From an uncultured virus (IMG/VR IMGVR_UViG_3300020050_008099) (taxonomy: Duplodnaviria; Heunggongvirae; Uroviricota; Caudoviricetes): a stretch of 64,000 bases of DNA. The stretch lies in the IMG/VR virus record IMGVR_UViG_3300020050_008099, one strand, 5' to 3'. Positions 58,291 to 64,000 of this stretch are shown here, piece by piece. How positions within the stretch are numbered: the stretch's first letter is position 1; each line of letters opens with the position of its first letter. A program made the position numbers and the translations under genes. The notes below the pieces were generated by a model. That model saw nothing but the letters and a program-made list of their open reading frames with translations, searched no databases and was not told the origin of the DNA.

Positions 58291-58862
58291 TATCTATTGC
58301 CTGATTAGGTCAATGCTATTGCCCGACCTTCATACGCCCCATTAAAACCGCTTTGAAAATGCGTCTAAGCCTTTCGGCCATCACACCCTAAAACAAATCG
58401 ACTTGACACATAGGCGAACAATTCCGGTTTTCCCTATGTGATTCGCTATGTCCAGACACAAACCCTAGTATACCTTGTTATAGCATCACATCACAGATTC
58501 CCCTATTTGTTACATCCTTTGTAACATTCCGTTACAATGCCTCTTTACTAGGCGATATTTATTTGAAGCCCCATTGCAGATTCCCTTCGACAGAGAATCC
58601 GCCCATATCTGATTCGTCCCTTCCTTTTCGTTCCTATCACATTCCCCTTGACGAATCGCTTGCTTTATGTCACGCGCAGGCCCGTTTTTTCCGCATGATC
58701 AAAAGATAACATTCTAAACTAATCAGTTCAAAAATAGGGCTATGCGAATCGTTTCCGTTCTGTCAAACAGGCTTCACCGGACGGCAGGCTAGCCGGAAGG
58801 GACTAGGGCCATGGGCTCTATGGAAAGGGGAAAGGGCGCTGGCCATAATAGCGCGAAAGGGC

Positions 58863-58897
58863 TTGACATAAGAGGCGAATCGCCTTAGGTGTTAAGT
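58863..58897 (+). promoter_or_regulatory. Sigma70-like early promoter with GANTC in the spacer
   Basis: TTGACATAAGAGGCGAATCGCCTTAGGTGTTAAGT; similar TTGAC sites near 58403 and 58648. Confidence 0.45.
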
Positions 58898-59063
58898 CAG
58901 CGAGAGGAAAGCTGGATTAGCTAAGACGGGCTTAGGCTTGTGGGCTAGGAAGGCTGGAAAGCTTGCAAATATATGGCAAAGCGCAAGCTTTGTTTGTTCT
59001 TTAAGAAACAATAGAACATATGTTCTATTCATGGCTATGGGATAGCTAGAAAAGGGGAATGCC

Positions 59064-59468
59064 ATGGCGACTCTGTCGTCTAAGGACAAGCTCACTTTGA
59101 AACTGTCTGCCCAACGGGTGGAACGGTGGAATTGTGAGCGAATGAAACCTGCGAAGGATGTTTCCCGTTGCAAAGGCATTGTCTTTGCGCCGGGGCAGGA
59201 AAAGGAATCTCTGGAATATGGTGACAAAGATGTCATTGTTTCCAGTGGTGACAAGATGCGGAATGCTGATGCCAAGACGGCAAGGCAATTCGTGCGGCGT
59301 CATATGGGGTTTTCTGACTATACCCCCGATGCCAGCGAGATTCAGCCCATTGGCGCAGGCAAGCGCAAGAATAAGCTTGTCTATGTCGTGGGCGCTGACC
59401 GGGCTTCTGACAAGCCCAACAAGGCTTCGGCCTTCAAGAAAATTCCTTGGAAAACTCGGGGGGCATAA
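59064..59468 (+). CDS. Early basic hypothetical protein
   Basis: First + strand ORF after the divergent control region; GC hairpin overlaps its stop. Confidence 0.7.
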   Translation: MATLSSKDKLTLKLSAQRVERWNCERMKPAKDVSRCKGIVFAPGQEKESLEYGDKDVIVSSGDKMRNADAKTARQFVRRHMGFSDYTPDASEIQPIGAGKRKNKLVYVVGADRASDKPNKASAFKKIPWKTRGA

Positions 59469-59489
59469 GCCCCCCTTCCCTTCCCTTTT

Positions 59490-60175
59490 CTAGCTAGGCT
59501 TTGTAAGGACATTTGATTGTGTCTTTACATGGCCTTCCTACGGCCTTTTGAGAAATGTCTGGCAGGGATTATTCCCTTCCTAGAGAGACCTGTTGACGCC
59601 CAAGGCTAACGCTAAGGGGTCATAGAAGGGGCTTGACGGGAATCTGTGGAATGCTGCCAGCAACGCTAGGATAGCGTTAAATATCCCTTGGCGTCACGCG
59701 ATAGCGCAAGTGACAGCGAAGCCCCAGTAGGGCTAGCTGTTCATGGCTAATCCGATGTATCGGGCAGCTTGCGTAAAAGGCGGACAAAAATAGACGCCAA
59801 TGTGGTGCAGAGGAAATGCTGCACCAATACCACATAAACAATCCCTTAACGATAAGATTAACGGTTTAGGACAAGAATTCCTATTATCATGGAATGTTGC
59901 GCCTTCTCGTCAGTGCTGATTCGGGCAGGATTGGAACAACTGAAAGGGAGGGGAAACCCTCTTTAACGGAAGTTTGTGTGGAAAGCAACGCAATTGGCTA
60001 GCCCCTCCTTAAGAGGGCCAACCCTTTACACTGGTGAGTGTAGGGGAGGGGCTGGCCTTGCATTGATGAACCTTCTAATCTTCTTCGCTTCAACCTTCTT
60101 GAAAGAAACCGATAATTTATGGTGTGTAGGTCTTGAAGCTTGTTGAGGGTGGAGGGTTCTTCCATGCAAGGGGGT
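59490..60175 (+). ncRNA. Putative large structured ncRNA
   Basis: No ORF of 60 aa or more over most of the tract; dense nested hairpins. Confidence 0.4.
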
Positions 60176-60179
60176 TAAA

Positions 60180-60365
60180 ATGAGACATGTGACAATTACT
60201 GACCATTTTGGAGAGGGTCTTTGTGTTTATGAGGCCACCTACGAATCGCCTGAAACATACAAGGGCGATGATCTGAGAAAGATTGCTGGCCCTTTTGAAA
60301 GCTGGTCTGAGGCGGAGGAAGAGGCAGAGACCTACGCGAATGGGGATGAAATCTGCATCCTCTGA
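60180..60365 (+). CDS. Small acidic protein
   Basis: IAGPFESWSEAE. Confidence 0.55.
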   Translation: MRHVTITDHFGEGLCVYEATYESPETYKGDDLRKIAGPFESWSEAEEEAETYANGDEICIL

Positions 60366-60448
60366 CATTCCAGCGGACAAGGCACCAAAACATGGTGCCT
60401 TGCTAGATGCAATGTCGCATCCTGCCAAAGCATTGAAGAGGTGTTATC

Positions 60449-61081
60449 ATGGCAAAAGAAAAAGGGCCTGCCAAGGCCAGCTTCGTTGATCAGGTCAACG
60501 ACTATTGGGGCCGTCGGTCGGCCAATGGCACCGAAGGGCTGGCCCTTGTGGGCAAGCTGATGCTTCGGTTTGCCGACTATGGGGATTGGGATGCTCTGGC
60601 CCGGTTCGTCGTCAAGGCGGGCCAGCACGGCCAGCGTGAAAAGGTGGTGAAGATCATCCGGGCCGGGTTCGGCAATCATGTCACCTTCAAGACCAATGCC
60701 AAGCACCCGGCGGGCGGGGAGTTTATCAAGGTGAACTGGACCGGGGAAAAGTTCCCCATCCGTCAGAGCAACACCTTCGGCATCGTCAAGGCGGCCATCG
60801 ACAAGGGCCTGTCGTGGGACGACAGGGATTTTCAGAGGGAACTGCCCTCGGCTGACAAGAAGGCCCGGCAGGTTTCGGATGAGGCCACCAAGAAGGTGGT
60901 CAAGCATCTGGAAACCTATTGTGGCAAGCTGGCCGCTGATGGTTTCAATGTGGGTGAGGTTCTGGCCGCTTTGCAGAAGGAACTGGCGGCCAAGGTGAAG
61001 GCGGCCACCCCTGTCCAGAAAGCAGCACCTGTCCAGAAGTCGATGGTCAACGGTGTCACCGTCTATGAACCCAGCTTCTAA
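60449..61081 (+). CDS. Hypothetical early protein, probably highly expressed
   Basis: GAGGTG RBS; strong C/G third-position bias; terminator follows. Confidence 0.8.
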   Translation: MAKEKGPAKASFVDQVNDYWGRRSANGTEGLALVGKLMLRFADYGDWDALARFVVKAGQHGQREKVVKIIRAGFGNHVTFKTNAKHPAGGEFIKVNWTGEKFPIRQSNTFGIVKAAIDKGLSWDDRDFQRELPSADKKARQVSDEATKKVVKHLETYCGKLAADGFNVGEVLAALQKELAAKVKAATPVQKAAPVQKSMVNGVTVYEPSF

Positions 61082-61118
61082 TGCTGGGGGATAGTGACAA
61101 GGTGCAATACCTAAAGGA

Positions 61119-61147
61119 ACAGGGGGGCATTCGCTCCCCTGTCTCTT
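61119..61147 (+). terminator. Hairpin terminator
   Basis: ACAGGGG-GCATTCGC-TCCCCTGT-CTCTT. Confidence 0.5.
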
Positions 61148-61396
61148 GGGTTACGTGGGCTTTGGAGAGGCATTCCAAGGGCTACCAAGTGTTGCTGATG
61201 GAAGAGAAAATCCTCATCTATCGGCTTCTTTCGTAGGAGAATACTATGAGTGCAGAATTTAACCCGACTTTGGTGTGGTTCATCGGGGCTTGTTCCTGTT
61301 GGTATCACGGGGTGGGATTTTGGATGGGACTCTTCTGGCCTTGGTATCTTGGAGGGGTCTTCCTGCCCTAGGTTAAACACCCTCCCCATTTAGTTT

Positions 61397-61486
61397 GCCT
61401 GTGTAGTCATTAAGGGGCCGCCCTTCTTGCAGGGTTGGGCAGCGTAGCCTGCAACTACGTCGCACGTTCAAATCGTGGCACAGGCA
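61397..61486 (+). ncRNA. Atypical tRNA-like RNA
   Basis: GCCTGTG/CACAGGC-A acceptor; CACG-TTCAAAT-CGTG T arm; CGTAG-CCTGCAA-CTACG arm; enlarged 5' arm. Confidence 0.5.
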
Positions 61487-61514
61487 ATTTTAATGGGGAG
61501 ACCTATCATCAATC

Positions 61515-61580
61515 TTCCGTGCTGTAGTGTTCAGTTACTTCTTTGAGCGAAATAACACTGGACACGAATTGTTGCCGGAA
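61515..61580 (+). ncRNA. Y-RNA-like element, copy 4
   Basis: TTCCGTGCTGTAG-TGTTCAG-TTACTTC...CTGGACAC-GAATTGTTGCCGGAA. Confidence 0.6.
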
Positions 61581-62057
61581 CATTCTAGAATGTCTTTCCC
61601 CTAGGGGTGGGCATATTCAGAGTTTATTGGGGTGTCTCTGTGTAGAAATAAAACCCCTCCAAACTAGTTGGATAACTTATAAATAGGTGCCTTGGTGAAC
61701 CACTGGCGTTCCATGTGGGTGTAAGGATCACCCGAACAAAACTCCTCAGGGCTTGGATGAGTCCAACTACCCTTGGCTAACTCCCCCATATACTTGACTA
61801 ACCTTTTAAATCCTTGTGAGGAATCCTCTGTGAGAAACATCAGAGACGGCCCGTAGCTGATTTTTTAATTTTCTTAATGGCGAGGAACGGTAATGGGAAT
61901 ACTGCGATCTACTGAAGGTTGGAGCTAACCGTCATAAAAAAGCTCCTCAGTCTTAGTGCAGTCCTGTAAATAAGCACACAGATCGGCTGAGTTTTTAATT
62001 TTAGAGTCTCATAATGTAAAACTGTGTCCTGAGCATGACAAGAAAAGGCTCTCCTAT

Positions 62058-62135
62058 GGCGGTGTGAAGGGAATTGGTATACCTTTCTCTCTTAAAAAGA
62101 GAAGTCTGTCGGTTCGAGTCCGACCACCGCTACCA
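62058..62135 (+). tRNA. tRNA-Leu(TAA), short variable arm
   Basis: GGCGGTG/CACCGCT-A-CCA; TCTCT-CTTAAAA-AGAGA; GTCGG-TTCGAGT-CCGAC. Confidence 0.85.
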
Positions 62136-62523
62136 ATTGCATTTTGGCGGAAAGACAGACCTAAGCGTGCTGACCCCACGTTAAGCCATAGATGGCGGTA
62201 GTCTTTCCCCCTGAGTGTGGTTAAGGCGAAAGAACGCAAGACCCTACTTGTCAAGGGAGATAACGGCCAAGGTAAAGCTCGCCCGTTTAGGGGATGTACG
62301 GCGCAACCGTTGAAAGAGTGACCCGAGGTGGGGCAATGGCCCCTTAAAATTATGACAAGACTGCACTCAACCTGTCCCCTATAAAATGGGGTCTGCCGCG
62401 CTAATCTCGTCGCGGGGTATAAGTCCGTATAGAGCCTTTAATTAGGTCAGGTATACGGGGTCATGAGTCCTCTGTCCAAACGGGGACGGCTAACGGGATG
62501 CCAAATCAACAATGGAGGATGAA

Positions 62524-62652
62524 ATGAACAAAGGTTGGGCTTGGGCCATGGCTGTTAACATTGTTCATGGGTTTCATATGAGGGGCTTTGACCCTGAAGA
62601 GGAACAGTTCGAGGTTGAATGTTTCCTCGTAAGTGGGACTGTTAACACCTAA
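62524..62652 (+). CDS. Small protein (42 aa) ending at the hammerhead
   Basis: GGAGG RBS; MNKGWAWAMAV...SGTVNT*. Confidence 0.5.
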   Translation: MNKGWAWAMAVNIVHGFHMRGFDPEEEQFEVECFLVSGTVNT

Positions 62653-62707
62653 GCACCACTGATGAGTCTTGAAGAGACGAAACCAAGAGTCTTTCTTGGT
62701 ATGGTGC
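62653..62707 (+). ncRNA. Type I hammerhead ribozyme
   Basis: GCACCA-CTGATGA-GTCT(tgaag)AGAC-GAAA-CCAAGA(gtctt)TCTTGG-TA-TGGTGC; GUA cleavage triplet ending at 62701. Confidence 0.9.
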
Positions 62708-62953
62708 CGAGTCTTGAACGTGTAACATAAGATATGGGCGCATTAGGGGCGGGTGGCCACCTTAACCTAATGATTTATGACCCAAAAGGGGTGTTACATG
62801 CTATGGTTCCTTAAGCCTCCGAGGAATTTCCTCTGGGGAAGCTGGTGATTTTGCAATAAGCCAGTGAGTCAAGAACTCCCAACCCAAACACCTCGCAGAT
62901 TGTAGGTATGTTTGCGATAGAGAAAAGTCCCTCAAGTTGGTGGGGGCATCTGT

Positions 62954-63029
62954 TCTGATGTAGCTCAATTGGCAGAGCAAAAGATTGTTAATCTTTAGGT
63001 TATAGGTTCGAGTCCTATCATCAGAGCCA
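62954..63029 (+). tRNA. tRNA-Asn(GTT)
   Basis: Canonical cloverleaf TCTGATG/CATCAGA-G-CCA; loop TTGTTAA. Confidence 0.93.
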
Positions 63030-63245
63030 CTACATTTTATTGGGCAGACTACGGCCCGTTGCGTAGTCAATCAAACTGAATGTAGCAAAGGAAACCCCAT
63101 GAAATTTCGTATGAACGCCTCTGGTCATAAGGTTACCACCAACGCTGGCACTGAAGAGGTCAAAGAGCAAGACTGGTGGGCAATGCTCAAACGTCAAGTG
63201 GTGGCTTCTCAAAAAGCTTGAAAAACGCATGATTGAGGTGAAGCC

Positions 63246-63491
63246 ATGACCGACCTGACCAAAATCGACCAGCCTTTCGGATCGCTGGACATTGAGACGA
63301 AGCTGGCGCTGCACCGTGCCCAATACGAGGGGAAGGTGATTGAGTGCATAAGCAGCAGTCACAACAAGTGGGGCATAACCATAACCCCTGCGTGGTGGCC
63401 GCAGTTCACCTACCGCCTCCAACCCGAACCCCTGCGCGACATCAACATGCCTTGGAACGAGAGCCTGATCCGCCGCCCGGAGGGTGTGTGA
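63246..63491 (+). CDS. Hypothetical protein (GC-rich block)
   Basis: GAGGTG RBS; P.W..QFTYRLQPEP motif. Confidence 0.65.
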   Translation: MTDLTKIDQPFGSLDIETKLALHRAQYEGKVIECISSSHNKWGITITPAWWPQFTYRLQPEPLRDINMPWNESLIRRPEGV

Positions 63492-63721
63492 TGGGCGAAC
63501 TGGCCAAGTTTTTGCAGTGGGTCATTTCTGACGAAGCGCCGGAGTGGGTTAGCCTCATTGCTGGTGGGATCGCCTCGGCGCTAGTTGTGTCCGCTTTTAT
63601 GGGTGCGTTTTTACTTTTTGTTATCCTTGCGGCCACCGGACATTACGCCCTTATGGCTCTCATGTTTCCGGGCGCACCAGTGGCGATTTGCTACGTGGCC
63701 TATCGGAGGGCGACGAAATGA
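63491..63721 (+). CDS. Small membrane protein
   Basis: ATG 63491; two hydrophobic segments. Confidence 0.6.
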   Translation: MGELAKFLQWVISDEAPEWVSLIAGGIASALVVSAFMGAFLLFVILAATGHYALMALMFPGAPVAICYVAYRRATK

Positions 63722-64000
63722 CCCATCGCTTTACGAACTGTACCTTTGATCTTCGCGGCGCAGACTATGCCTGCGTTTCACGCGGCGACGAATTTGAGAT
63801 CGGTTACATCGGGGAAGGCGACCGCGTGTTGATCGACGGCGACACGCTGGACTTTACCGGCCTGCATATCCTTGGGCCTGTCGCGCTGGCCGACCGTATC
63901 AAGGCGGCGATTGCTCTGGAATGCTACGCGATGACGACTGAGCGCCAAGCCGCGATGGAGAAGGCGTTCTGCATGGGGCGGGATGCGGCGGCTGCATGGC
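63718..64000 (+). CDS. Hypothetical protein continuing across the join to 195
   Basis: MTHRFTNCTFDLRG...EKAFCMGRDAAAAW; open to the end of the window. Confidence 0.7.
   Translation, partial: MTHRFTNCTFDLRGADYACVSRGDEFEIGYIGEGDRVLIDGDTLDFTGLHILGPVALADRIKAAIALECYAMTTERQAAMEKAFCMGRDAAAAW

Noticed and set aside
62140..62290. Pistol ribozyme or c-di-GMP riboswitch resemblance (CTAAGCG, CCACGTTAA, ACGCAAGAC)
   Set aside because: Motif order and required pairings do not match; kept only as unassigned structure.
1..64000. Integrase/lysogeny module or alternative genetic code
   Set aside because: No integrase or repressor recognised; genes read intact in the standard code.

Overview
This is an apparently complete, circularly permuted podovirus-type tailed phage genome of about 63,972 bp: bases 63973-64000 repeat bases 1-28 and an ORF reads across the join. 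The host is probably an alphaproteobacterium (inference). The + strand (about 59 kb, through the join, to 30.2 kb) carries early and replication genes. These include a dense ncRNA/tRNA cluster, a Ro60/TROVE gene, a phiEco32-like peptide-ligase/amidotransferase cluster, a primase-helicase with a group I intron, an ECF-type sigma factor, a family A DNA polymerase split by an HNH gene, nucleotide-metabolism genes, ThyX, class II RNR and PhoH. The - strand (57.7 kb to 30.2 kb) carries tail spike, terminases, portal, scaffold, capsid, tail, lysis and internal virion genes. The most notable unexplained signals are: (1) nine small proteins sharing a C-terminal L-[EST]-[SDE]-[FY]-L-stop tag, clustered around the peptide-ligase genes; (2) four Y-RNA-like repeats linked to Ro60; (3) a MIB/HERC2-like domain; (4) a mini-tmRNA-like element, a hammerhead ribozyme, atypical tRNAs and a large structured non-coding tract; (5) a perfect 72-bp inverted repeat with copies 31.5 kb apart. 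All calls were made by eye, with no database searches.
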